Both the position numbers and the translations under genes were made by a program. A model generated the notes under the pieces. It was not told the origin of the DNA and searched no databases. It saw only the letters and a program-made list of their open reading frames with translations. This document shows positions 50,520 to 59,466 of a DNA stretch of 64,000 nucleotides, one piece after another. This DNA is from Omnitrophica bacterium RIFCSPHIGHO2_02_FULL_51_18 (GTDB lineage: Bacteria; Omnitrophota; Gorgyraeia; 2-02-FULL-51-18): positions 94,785 to 158,784 of the forward strand of contig MHFI01000036.1 of assembly GCA_001804125.1 (NCBI GenBank), given 5' to 3'. Positions within the stretch are counted from its first letter, which is position 1. Every line of letters starts with the position of its first letter.

Positions 50520-51794
50520 CTAAATAACCTCTTTGACTATTTTCTCATTACGGACAAGGTCTTCGTAAGATTCTCTTTTTTTGGCGACGAAGAATTTTCT
50601 TCCCTTCACAACCACCTCGGGAACCCGCGGACGGGAATTATAATTGCTTGACATGACGTAGCCGTAGGCGCCGCAGGACATCACCGCCAGAAGATCCCCT
50701 ATGTTCGCGGCCGGCATTTTCCTGTTTTTGGCAAGGAAATCCCCGCTCTCGCAGATCGGGCCCACAATGTCCACTTCGGCCGTGCGCACTTTGCCGCTGG
50801 GGCGGACCACCGGCGTAATCTCGTGATAAGCGCCGTAAAACGAAGGGCGGATCAGGTCATTCATCGCCGCATCCACAATCATAAACGTCTTGGTCGGGTT
50901 GACTTTTTTATACAAAATTTTTGTCACGAGAATCCCGCTGTTGCCGGAGATAAAACGCCCGGGCTCCAGAACAAGTTTCATGCCCTTTTTCAAGTCGTAA
51001 TCCTTGAAAAGCGGCAAAACCACACGTGCAAATTCCCTGGCCGTCTGGGGTTTTTCCTTGGAATAAATAATGGCCAGGCCCCCGCCGATATTCAGGTATT
51101 CCACCGGATTGCCGCAGAAACGCACGCTGTCGATAAACTGGAGCACGCGCTTGATTGCCTTCACAAAGGGTTTGGAGTCGGTGATCTGCGATCCGATATG
51201 GATATGGACACCTGCAAACCGGATAAACGGGTAGCGGTAGGACTCCATGAAAAGTTTATTTGCGGTTCCTGTATCGATGCCGAATTTGTTTTGCTTGGTG
51301 CCGGTCGTGATGTAGTCGTGCGTGTCCGGCGAAACATCGGGGTTCAGACGGATCGCGACCTTCTGGACCGCATGGAGCCGGCAGGCCACGGTATTGATCG
51401 TCTCAAGCTCCGGGATGGATTCCACGTTAAACATGAGAATCTTTGAGCGGATCGCGTCCTCAATTTCTTTCTCCGTTTTTCCGACGGATGCAAACACGAT
51501 CTTTTGCGAATCCACGCCCACTTTCTTCGCGCGAAAAAGTTCCCCGCCCGACACGATATCCAGTCCGGAACCGTGCTCCACCAGCGACTTTAAAATCGTG
51601 AGGTTTGAATTCGCCTTCATTGAAAAACAGATCAGGGGCTTCACGGACTTAAACGCGTCCTTGAGTTTCAGATAATGATCTAAAAACGTCCGCACGCTGT
51701 ACAAATAAAACGGCGTGCCGGCTTCCCGGGCTATTTTTGAAACCGGGACGTCTTCGCAGTAGAGCTCTCTGCCTTTAAATTCAAAACGATGCAT
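50520..51794 (-). CDS. lysA: diaminopimelate decarboxylase
   Basis: 424 aa. It is an Orn/DAP/Arg decarboxylase family-2 member with SMKAN (PLP Lys) and ESGD. Confidence 0.9.
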   Translation of the reverse strand: MHRFEFKGRELYCEDVPVSKIAREAGTPFYLYSVRTFLDHYLKLKDAFKSVKPLICFSMKANSNLTILKSLVEHGSGLDIVSGGELFRAKKVGVDSQKIVFASVGKTEKEIEDAIRSKILMFNVESIPELETINTVACRLHAVQKVAIRLNPDVSPDTHDYITTGTKQNKFGIDTGTANKLFMESYRYPFIRFAGVHIHIGSQITDSKPFVKAIKRVLQFIDSVRFCGNPVEYLNIGGGLAIIYSKEKPQTAREFARVVLPLFKDYDLKKGMKLVLEPGRFISGNSGILVTKILYKKVNPTKTFMIVDAAMNDLIRPSFYGAYHEITPVVRPSGKVRTAEVDIVGPICESGDFLAKNRKMPAANIGDLLAVMSCGAYGYVMSSNYNSRPRVPEVVVKGRKFFVAKKRESYEDLVRNEKIVKEVI

Positions 51795-51827
51795 AAATCC
51801 TCACTTACGTCAATGCCGCGGCCTGAA

Positions 51828-53219
51828 TCACAACCGCCGTATATTTCTTAATTTCATTTTCCAAAATTGAATTTGTTTTTTTACTTGATCCGGATGGGTG
51901 CTGCCGATTGTTTTCTTCATCCGCACCGAATGCTTCGCGTCAAACAGTTCATACACATCCGCTTCCGTCTTGGGCGCAAAATGTCTCAAGATATCCAGGC
52001 CTATCTTCGAAAGAGCCGTTTTATTCTTTTCGGAAAAATTCACGATCCGGCCGACCTGATGATGCGCGGTCCCAAACGCGGCTCCCTTCTTCACGAGGTA
52101 ATCAGCCAAATCCGTCGCATAAAGAGTTTCGTCAGCCAACAGCTCCCGTGCTTTTTCTTCATTAATTTTCAGGGACTTAAACATCCGGATAAAAATCGAC
52201 AAGATCTCCTCGCAAGTCTCGACCGAATCGAACACATATTTTTTATCCCACTGAAGGTCACGGTTATAGGAGGTAGGCAGCGCCTTGAGCGTCATCCCGA
52301 AACCGACAAAATTACCGGCAAAAACACCCGCCGCGCCTCTTGCCAGCTCCAGGAAATCCGCGTTTTTTTTCTGCGGCATCATGGAACTTCCGGTGCAAAA
52401 TGCCTGATCGACGTTCACAACAGAAAAACCTTTTGTCTGCCCAATCATCAGATCCTCGGAGATCCTGGATATCTGAAGATTCAAGAGCAGCATGCATGAC
52501 AGAAAGTTTAGAATAAAATCCCGGTCGCCCGATACATCATAACTGTTAGGGGTAACGCAGGAAAGACCCAGTTCTCTGGCAATCAGTTTCTGGTCCAGAT
52601 CGTAAGTAACCCCGGCCAGGGCACCGCTCCCCAAAACACATACGTCAAAAAATGGCAATGCTCCTTGAAACCTGAACTTCGCCCGTTCAAGCATTTCGGC
52701 ATAAGCCAGAAAAATGTGCCCCTGCGAAAGCGCCTGCGCGTTCTGCATGTGCGTCATGCCCGGCACAAGCACCTGTTGATAACGTTCGGCCTTCTTTACT
52801 ACTTCAGTCTGCAGTTCCGAGATCATGGATAAAATCTTGAGCGCATGGTCTCTGCAATAAAGCCGGGCGCTCTGGCTCACCAAATCATTGCGGGACCTGG
52901 CGGTATGAATTTTGTCCGCGAGAGCGCCGACAAACTTGGCCAGCTCCTCCTGAACGGCCGAATGAACGTCTTCATGCGCTTTTCTCCGGATCCGGGCGGG
53001 ATCTTGAAAGCGCTTTTCAATTTTTGAAAGAGCCGAGAGAAGCTTCGCGGCTTCACTTTTTTTTAAGACACGGCATTTCACAAGCGCTTTGACATGAGCT
53101 CTGTCAATCTGAAGGTCGTAAGGCAGAAGCCGCCAATCCCATCGTAAGGATGAACTGAACGCGTCAAACTGCGAGTCTGTCTTTTTCTTAAAACGACCGC
53201 CCCAGAGTTTCTTTGTCAT
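51828..53219 (-). CDS. argH: argininosuccinate lyase
   Basis: 463 aa. It carries the fumarate-lyase signature GSSMMPQKKN. Confidence 0.95.
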   Translation of the reverse strand: MTKKLWGGRFKKKTDSQFDAFSSSLRWDWRLLPYDLQIDRAHVKALVKCRVLKKSEAAKLLSALSKIEKRFQDPARIRRKAHEDVHSAVQEELAKFVGALADKIHTARSRNDLVSQSARLYCRDHALKILSMISELQTEVVKKAERYQQVLVPGMTHMQNAQALSQGHIFLAYAEMLERAKFRFQGALPFFDVCVLGSGALAGVTYDLDQKLIARELGLSCVTPNSYDVSGDRDFILNFLSCMLLLNLQISRISEDLMIGQTKGFSVVNVDQAFCTGSSMMPQKKNADFLELARGAAGVFAGNFVGFGMTLKALPTSYNRDLQWDKKYVFDSVETCEEILSIFIRMFKSLKINEEKARELLADETLYATDLADYLVKKGAAFGTAHHQVGRIVNFSEKNKTALSKIGLDILRHFAPKTEADVYELFDAKHSVRMKKTIGSTHPDQVKKQIQFWKMKLRNIRRL

Positions 53220-53232
53220 ATATCATTCACCT

Positions 53233-53382
53233 GTCATTCCCGCGCAAGCGGGAATCAAAGTTAATGTCATTTCGAACGCAGTGAGAAATCTCATCAAGTC
53301 GTGTGATGAGATCTCTCGGTCACCTGCGGCGACCTCGAGATGACAATGGATCCCCGCCTTCGCGGGGATGACGCTACGCGTC
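53233..53382. repeat. cluster of four hairpin modules filling the argG-argH spacer (including family-B copy B2 at 53266-53344)
   Basis: GTCATTCCCGCG-CAA-GCGGGAAT; GTCATTTCGAACGCAGTGAGAAATCTCATCAAGTCGTGTGATGAGATCTCTCGGTCACCTGCGGCGACCTCGAGATGAC; TCCCCGC-CTTC-GCGGGGA; GACGC-TAC-GCGTC. Confidence 0.75.
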
Positions 53383-54550
53383 ATTTCCTGTAAGGCAGCG
53401 CCCAAAGGTCGATAAAGCCTTTTGCCAGGCGCTGGTCAAATTTATCTTTTTCGCTGTAAGTCGCCAGGCTTTCCTTATACAAAGAATAAGGCGACTTGCG
53501 GCCCACTACGTGCGAGGAGTACTTACGCAGCTTGACCCGGACGCTGCCCGTAACTTTCTTTTGCGTGGATTCAATAAACGCATCCAGCGCCCGGCGAAGC
53601 GGCGTGAACCAAAGTCCGTAATAAACAAGCTCCGCGTATTTTTGGGACAGTCCTTCCTTAAAATGAAAAAGTTCCCTGTCCAGCGTCAAGCTCTCCAAGT
53701 CCCGGTGAGCCTGCAGCAAAAGGGTCGCCGCGGGCGCTTCGTAGGTTTCGCGGGACTTGATTCCCACCAGACGGTTCTCAATCATGTCCATGCGCCCGAT
53801 GCCATAGGCGGCGCCCAGTTCATTGAGTTCTTTAATCAACGCGAGCGGCTCCCTGCGCTTCCCATTCAAAGAGACAGGCGCACCTTTTTTAAACCCGATT
53901 TCAACAACCCGCTCTTTTAAGTTTCTCGTCTCCGCACCGCGAGTCCACTGAAACGATTCGGCCGGCGGTTCGGTGTTGGGATCTTCCAGCACACCGGCTT
54001 CAACGCTCACACCCCAGATGTTCTTATCGATCGAAAATGGGCTTTTTTTGGTGCTATCGATCGGAATATGGTGCCGTAACGCGTACTGGATCTCCTCTTC
54101 CCTGGAGCGAAATTCCCACTCTCTCACGGGCGCCAGGATTTCAAGCGAGCTGTCAAGCGCCTGGATCGTGACTTCAAAGCGGACCTGGTCGTTGCCTTTG
54201 CCCGTACATCCGTGCGCGACGGCGGTTGCTTTTTCCTGATGCGCCACCGCCACCTGCTCCGCCGCGATCAGCGGCCTTGAAAGCGCCGTTGCCAGAACAT
54301 AACGGCCCTCGTAAACAGCCCCCGCCTTAAGCGCCGGCCAGAGGTAATCCGTGATAAATTTCTTTTTTAAATCACGCACGATCACTTTGGAAGCGCCGGC
54401 CTTCTTGGCGCGGTCAATCGCCGCCCTTGGGGTCTTTTCCTGGCCCACGTCGGCCATATAAGCCACGACTTCATACCCCCTGTCCTTTAGCCATTTGATC
54501 GCAACGGAGGTATCGAGACCGCCGGAATAAGCTAGAATAACTTTTTTCAT
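53381..54550 (-). CDS. argG: argininosuccinate synthase
   Basis: 389 aa. It begins MKKVILAYSGGLDTSV (PP-loop). Confidence 0.95.
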   Translation of the reverse strand: MKKVILAYSGGLDTSVAIKWLKDRGYEVVAYMADVGQEKTPRAAIDRAKKAGASKVIVRDLKKKFITDYLWPALKAGAVYEGRYVLATALSRPLIAAEQVAVAHQEKATAVAHGCTGKGNDQVRFEVTIQALDSSLEILAPVREWEFRSREEEIQYALRHHIPIDSTKKSPFSIDKNIWGVSVEAGVLEDPNTEPPAESFQWTRGAETRNLKERVVEIGFKKGAPVSLNGKRREPLALIKELNELGAAYGIGRMDMIENRLVGIKSRETYEAPAATLLLQAHRDLESLTLDRELFHFKEGLSQKYAELVYYGLWFTPLRRALDAFIESTQKKVTGSVRVKLRKYSSHVVGRKSPYSLYKESLATYSEKDKFDQRLAKGFIDLWALPYRK

Positions 54551-54572
54551 ATAATTCCAACCTCCTCAAGCT

Positions 54573-54712
54573 GTCATCCCCGCGCCCGCCAAATTTCCGG
54601 TGGATCCGTCCTTCGGCGGAAAAGCGGTAATCAACCTAGATTGTCATTCTGAGTTCGCCGCAGGCGAACGAAGAATCTCAAAAGCGAGATCCTTCGCTTC
54701 GCTCAGGATGAC
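54573..54712. repeat. hairpin plus family-A copy A2 (54643-54712) in the argF-argG spacer
   Basis: GTCATTCTGAGTTCGCCGCAGGCGAACGAAGAATCTCAAAAGCGAGATCCTTCGCTTCGCTCAGGATGAC, preceded by GTCATCCCCGCGCCCGCC...GGCGG. Confidence 0.75.
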
Positions 54713-54719
54713 ACGTCTC

Positions 54720-55745
54720 CTATTTTCTTTTCTTCCTTGTCAACAGCAAATACAAAAGCGCCTTTTGTGTGTGGAGTCTGTTTTCGGCCTGAGTAAAAAT
54801 TGCCGAACGCGCGCTCTCAATCACCTCGTCCGTGATTTCTTCCCCGCGGTGGGCCGGCAGGCAGTGCATCACGATCGCGTCCTTCGGCGCCTTGTTGATA
54901 AGCGCGCCGTTGATCTGAAACGGCTGGAAATCGCGAAGCCGCTGCTCGCGCTGTTTTTCCTGGCCCATGCTCACCCAGACATCCGTATAAATCACATGCG
55001 CGTTCTTGATCGCCGTGAACGGGTTATTGGAGAGCGTGACCTTGGAGCCGGACTCTTTCGTAATGAGTTTGATCTCGTTCAGAATCTCCTCACTCGGCTC
55101 ATAACCCTTCGGCGTTGCCATCGAGAGGTTCGCGCCCGTCTTCGCCGCGCCGTAAAGCAGTGAATTTAAGACATTGTTCCCGTCGCCGATATAACCGATA
55201 TTGATTTTCTCGAGCGTTTTAAAACGCTCCCGGATCGTGAAAAGATCCGCGAGTGTTTGGCACGGATGATACGAGTCGCTTAAGCCGTTGATCACCGGAA
55301 CCGCCGCATGCTGCGCCAGCTCCACGACATCCGAATGCGCATACGTGCGCGCGACGATCGCATCGCAGTAACGCGCCAGCACGCGCGCCACATCCTTCAC
55401 CGATTCACGTTCTCCGAGCGGCATCTCCTGCGGCCCCATATAAACGGAAGAGCCTCCGAGCTCGCTGACGCCGATCTGAAACGAAATCCGCGTGCGGACG
55501 GACGGCTTCTGAAAAAGAAGCGCGATGGATCTTCCCTTCAGTTTGGTGAGGAAATCCTCCGGACGCTTTTTCATTTTCTCGGCCAGCCTGAACACAAGCT
55601 CCAAGTCCTGCGGCGCCGCCTCTTTCAACGTCAAGACGTCCTTATGCTGAAACGGGACATGCGGCCCTTTCCTCTTCTTCGGTGAACGGGATTTGGCCCT
55701 CTTCCTTCTTGAAATCTTGGATTTCCTTCTCTTCGCTTTCTTCAT
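54720..55745 (-). CDS. argF: ornithine carbamoyltransferase
   Basis: 341 aa. It carries STRTR and HCLP OTCase motifs. There is an unusual N-terminal Lys/Arg-rich extension of about 30 aa (MKKAKRRKSKISRRKRAKSRSPKKRKG). Confidence 0.9.
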   Translation of the reverse strand: MKKAKRRKSKISRRKRAKSRSPKKRKGPHVPFQHKDVLTLKEAAPQDLELVFRLAEKMKKRPEDFLTKLKGRSIALLFQKPSVRTRISFQIGVSELGGSSVYMGPQEMPLGERESVKDVARVLARYCDAIVARTYAHSDVVELAQHAAVPVINGLSDSYHPCQTLADLFTIRERFKTLEKINIGYIGDGNNVLNSLLYGAAKTGANLSMATPKGYEPSEEILNEIKLITKESGSKVTLSNNPFTAIKNAHVIYTDVWVSMGQEKQREQRLRDFQPFQINGALINKAPKDAIVMHCLPAHRGEEITDEVIESARSAIFTQAENRLHTQKALLYLLLTRKKRK

Positions 55746-55767
55746 GCGACGCGACTCCCTTCTTTAG

Positions 55768-55842
55768 TTACCCCACCACCTGTTTCCTACGATTGCGAAG
55801 CAATCGGTCCGCCAATGACGGACGAAACAGGTGGTGGGGTTA
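55768..55842 (-). promoter_or_regulatory. family-C hairpin copy C2, overlapping the argD stop and preceding the argF SD
   Basis: TAACCCCACCACCTGTTTC...(inner CGATTGC-GAA-GCAATCG and GTCCG...CGGAC hairpins)...GAAACAGGTGGTGGGGTTA. The arms are 19 nt. Confidence 0.6.
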
Positions 55843-57031
55843 AAGATTTTTCTTCCACGGCAATCATGACCTCGTCCAGCACCTGAATCGCCCGGCTGAC
55901 TTCCTTTTCTTTTACGACCAACGGCGGCATCAGCCTCAACACATGTCCCTGTGTGCAGTTAATCAAAAGCCTCTCTTTGAGGCAATCTTCGTAAATACCG
56001 CGTCCGTCGATTGAAAGTTCCACCCCGGCCATGAGACCCATGCCCCGGACCTCCCGAATCATCGGATGTTTCTTCTTAAGTTCATTCAATTTTTTAAACA
56101 AAAACGAGCCCACGATCACGGCGTTGCCGATCAATTTCTCCTTTTCAATCGCTTCAAACGTCGCCAGTGCCGCCGCACAGGCCAGCGGGCTTCCTCCAAA
56201 CGTGGCCGCGTGCGTGCCGGGTCCGAGCGCATCGGCGATTTCCCTCTTCGCCACCATCGCCCCGATCGGAAAACCGCCGCCGAGCGACTTCGCCAGCGTC
56301 ATGATATCGGGCTCGAGACCGTAATTCTTGTAACAAAACATGCGGCCCGTCCGTCCCATGCCGGTCTGTACCTCATCGAAAACAAGATATATCTTCCGGT
56401 CGCTGCAGAGCCTTCGGACCGCCGACAAATACCGGTCGTCCGCCACGCGGACCCCGCCTTCGCCTTGAATAGGCTCGAGCACAATCGCGATCGTCTGCGG
56501 CGTGATGGCCCGCTCGAGCGCCTCGAGATCATTCCATGCGACGCTCTTAAAACCCGGCACCAAGGGCTCGAAGCCTTCCTGGTATTTTGTCTGGCCGGTC
56601 GCGCTCACGGCCGCGAGTGTACGCCCGTGAAACGACCTGTCCATCGTAATAATTTCATACCGCGAGGGGTTTCCGAGCTTTCTCACCAGCTTAAACGCGG
56701 CCTCATTGGCCTCAGCGCCGGAATTGCAGAAAAAAACCTTGCCCGGAAACGCATGGCGGATGATCTCCTGCGCCAGAAGCCCCTGAAGCTCATGAAAATA
56801 ATTATTCGAAACGTGAATCAACTGCTCGGCCTGCCGCTTAATCGCCTCGACCACGCGCCGGTGGCAATGGCCGATCCCGCTGACGGCCCAACCCGGAAAA
56901 AAATCAAGGTACTCGTCCCCCTGCGCGTCCCACACACGCGTGCCTTTGCCCCGTTCTAACACCAAAGGCGTGCGTGTGTAACAGGGAATCACATAATCGT
57001 AATAAAGCCGTATGGTTTTGCGGTAATCCAT
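55787..57031 (-). CDS. argD: acetylornithine aminotransferase
   Basis: Class III aminotransferase (LIFDEVQTGMGRTG). The start is re-called to the ATG at 57031 (MDYRKTIRLYYDY...). The 499 aa track ORF reads through the upstream repeat. Confidence 0.9.
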   Translation of the reverse strand: MDYRKTIRLYYDYVIPCYTRTPLVLERGKGTRVWDAQGDEYLDFFPGWAVSGIGHCHRRVVEAIKRQAEQLIHVSNNYFHELQGLLAQEIIRHAFPGKVFFCNSGAEANEAAFKLVRKLGNPSRYEIITMDRSFHGRTLAAVSATGQTKYQEGFEPLVPGFKSVAWNDLEALERAITPQTIAIVLEPIQGEGGVRVADDRYLSAVRRLCSDRKIYLVFDEVQTGMGRTGRMFCYKNYGLEPDIMTLAKSLGGGFPIGAMVAKREIADALGPGTHAATFGGSPLACAAALATFEAIEKEKLIGNAVIVGSFLFKKLNELKKKHPMIREVRGMGLMAGVELSIDGRGIYEDCLKERLLINCTQGHVLRLMPPLVVKEKEVSRAIQVLDEVMIAVEEKSLTPPPVSSVIGGPIASQS

Positions 57032-57042
57032 GATTAAATTAA

Positions 57043-57211
57043 CATGGGTATCCGGTTGATTCGAGTGACCCCTATATCTAGTATTAGGTTCGTCATTCTG
57101 AGGAGCACGGCGACGAAGAATCTCAGAGCGAGATCCTTCGCTGCGCTCAGGATGACGAATATGTACTTGGGCCCATATCTTGTGGGTACTAGAGCTAACC
57201 GGATACCCATG
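57043..57211. mobile_element. composite palindromic element bounded by CATGGGTATCCGGTT / AACCGGATACCCATG, containing family-A copy A3 (57092-57156)
   Basis: It has 15 bp perfect terminal inverted repeats. Inside lie CTAGTA/TACTAG inverted repeats and GTCATTCTGAGGAGCACGGCGACGAAGAATCTCAGAGCGAGATCCTTCGCTGCGCTCAGGATGAC. Confidence 0.65.
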
Positions 57212-57353
57212 TAAATTAAATCCGAAATGCGAATATCGAAATGCTGAAACAAATCTGAATGTTTCAAATTCAAATAATCGAAACACGGGTTTTTGATTTT
57301 GGTTATTGAGATTTTTGTCATTGTTTCGGATTTCGAATTTCGTGTTTTGGATT
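57212..57353. repeat. AT-rich imperfect palindrome in the argB-argD spacer
   Basis: AAATCCGAAATGCGAA... / ...TTCGGATTTCGAATTTCGTGTTT. It contains TGAAT-N7-ATTCA (ARG-box-like half-sites with non-canonical spacing). Confidence 0.45.
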
Positions 57354-58214
57354 TTATCTTTTTACTATTTCCGTCCCTATTCCTTTATCAGTAAAGATCT
57401 CCAAGAGGATGCCGTGGGGGATCTTCGAGTCAATAATGTGGATCTTTTTTACGCCCCGCTCGAGCGCCCGCATGCAGGCCTTCACCTTCGGAATCATACC
57501 CGCGCTGATCACCTTGGACCCCACCAACTTCTCTATCTCGGGAACCGTGATATGTGAAATGAATGAGCCGGGATCATCCGGATCTCCCAAAACTCCCCGG
57601 ACATTAGTCAGCAAAATCAGCTTGTTGGCGCTAAGGCTGCGTGCGATCTCCGCCGCCGACTGGTCCGCGTTGACGTTGTAAGTAAACCCATCCTTGCCGA
57701 TCCCGATCGGTGAAATTACCGGGATAATGTCGCTGATAAGCATTTTCTGGATCACGTCGCCGTTGATTTTCGTGATTTCGCCGACGTACCCGATATCCGT
57801 GCCATCGGCCTCCAGTTTCTTTACCTCGATCAAATGATCCTCTTTCCCGCTTAAAGAAATCGCGCTCCCTCCGTGCGAAATGATTTCCCGTACGATCTCG
57901 CGGTTGACTTTTTCAAGCTCTTCTTCGACAATTTCCATCGTCTCTTCATCGGTCACGCGGAAACCCTTCACAAACTTGATTTCCTTGCCGATCTCTTCAA
58001 GCCTCTTGTTGATGTAGGGGCCGCCGCCGTGCACGAGCACCGGCCGCATCCCCACATAACTCATGAACACGATGTCCTCCAGCACGTTGCGGCGGATCAC
58101 CGGGTCCGTCATGCCGGCACCGCCGAACTTGATGACGATCGTCTTGTCATAAAAACTCTGGATGTAGGGAAGCGCCTCAATCAGCACGTCCGCTTTTTTA
58201 ATGATTTCTTCCAT
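57354..58214 (-). CDS. argB: acetylglutamate kinase
   Basis: 286 aa. It carries IVIKFGGAGM and VLVHGGGP. Confidence 0.95.
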   Translation of the reverse strand: MEEIIKKADVLIEALPYIQSFYDKTIVIKFGGAGMTDPVIRRNVLEDIVFMSYVGMRPVLVHGGGPYINKRLEEIGKEIKFVKGFRVTDEETMEIVEEELEKVNREIVREIISHGGSAISLSGKEDHLIEVKKLEADGTDIGYVGEITKINGDVIQKMLISDIIPVISPIGIGKDGFTYNVNADQSAAEIARSLSANKLILLTNVRGVLGDPDDPGSFISHITVPEIEKLVGSKVISAGMIPKVKACMRALERGVKKIHIIDSKIPHGILLEIFTDKGIGTEIVKR

Positions 58215-58215
58215 C

Positions 58216-59466
58216 TTAAGTCCTGTAAGCCGAGTTGATCCGAACGTAATTCGTGGAGAGATCGCAGGTAAACGCGGAAGCGCTGCATTTCCCTACTCCC
58301 AAATCCACGGTGATCCTAATATTTTTCTGTGCAAACACGCGGTTCAATAACGCCGCCTTCTTCTTGACCCGGCCGCCGTTCCGCAGCACCAGTTCTTTCC
58401 CCAGATAAATCTGCAGCTTCCAGGGGTCCACGTGGGCGTCCGCAGTGCCGGCGGCGGCCGCAACCCTCCCCCAGTTGGGATCCGAGCCAAACAGCGCGCA
58501 CTTTACGAGGGAAGAGCGCGCCACGGACATGGCCACGACTTTCGCGTCCTCCCGGCTCTGCGCATTTTTGACTGCAATTTCCACGAATTTTGTGGCGCCT
58601 TCGGCGTCTTTAATCATCTGCTTGGCTAGCTGCGAGAAAAGCGTCTCAAGCGCATGGCCGAATTCCCTGAACTCCTTTGTTTTCTCCACAATCCTCTTAT
58701 TCTGGGCCATGCCATTGGCAAGCACGAGCACCATGTCATTCGTCGACATGTCCCCGTCAATCGTAATGGCGTTAAAGCTCTTGTCCGCGGCCTTCTGCAG
58801 CGCGGCCCGGAGCGCGCTCGGCGCAATCACCGCATCTGTCGTCACAAAACAAAGCATCGTCGCATGCCGAAGGCCCGCCATCTTTTTGGCGGGACGAAGG
58901 CCCGCCAACGCCATCTGCGGGCGGATCATGCCGGCACCCTTCGCCATCGCGCCTACGCGTACCTTGCGCTTTCCCACAAGAAACTCGGCCGACACCTGTT
59001 TAATCGTGCGGTCCGTCGTCAGAATGCCGGCTGCCGCAAACTCGCCGCCCTTACGGCTTAAGCCCTTCACAAGCTCCGGCACCGCGTTTACAATTTTTTT
59101 AATCGGGAGCGGCTTTCCTATCACGCCCGTCGACGCAACCAGCACCTGTTTTTTCCTCAGTTTCAGAATTCTGGCCACGGCCGCCGCCATCGTATACGAG
59201 TTTTCGAAACCGCTTTCGCCGGTCATGCAGTTGGCGTTGCCGGAATTGGCTATAATCGCCTGGGCCCATCCGTCCTTTAAATGCTCTTTATTGATCACCA
59301 CGCAGGACGCCTGCACTTTGTTCGTCGTAAAAACTCCGGCCGCCTGGCATGGCTTCTCGGAGGCAATGAGTGCCAGGTCCCTTTTCTTGGACTTTTTGAT
59401 CCCGCAAAAAATACCGTTGGCTTTGAACCCGACTGGCGCAGTGATACCACCGTGTATCCATTTCAT
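58216..59466 (-). CDS. argJ: bifunctional ornithine acetyltransferase / N-acetylglutamate synthase
   Basis: 416 aa ArgJ fold. It has the autoproteolytic ATML/T site (ATMLCFVTTD). Confidence 0.9.
   Translation of the reverse strand: MKWIHGGITAPVGFKANGIFCGIKKSKKRDLALIASEKPCQAAGVFTTNKVQASCVVINKEHLKDGWAQAIIANSGNANCMTGESGFENSYTMAAAVARILKLRKKQVLVASTGVIGKPLPIKKIVNAVPELVKGLSRKGGEFAAAGILTTDRTIKQVSAEFLVGKRKVRVGAMAKGAGMIRPQMALAGLRPAKKMAGLRHATMLCFVTTDAVIAPSALRAALQKAADKSFNAITIDGDMSTNDMVLVLANGMAQNKRIVEKTKEFREFGHALETLFSQLAKQMIKDAEGATKFVEIAVKNAQSREDAKVVAMSVARSSLVKCALFGSDPNWGRVAAAAGTADAHVDPWKLQIYLGKELVLRNGGRVKKKAALLNRVFAQKNIRITVDLGVGKCSASAFTCDLSTNYVRINSAYRT

Noticed and set aside
57240-57270. TGAAT-N7-ATTCA as an ArgR operator
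   Set aside because: The canonical ARG box has a 4 nt AT-rich spacer. It is retained only as a low-confidence remark inside the AT-rich palindrome finding.
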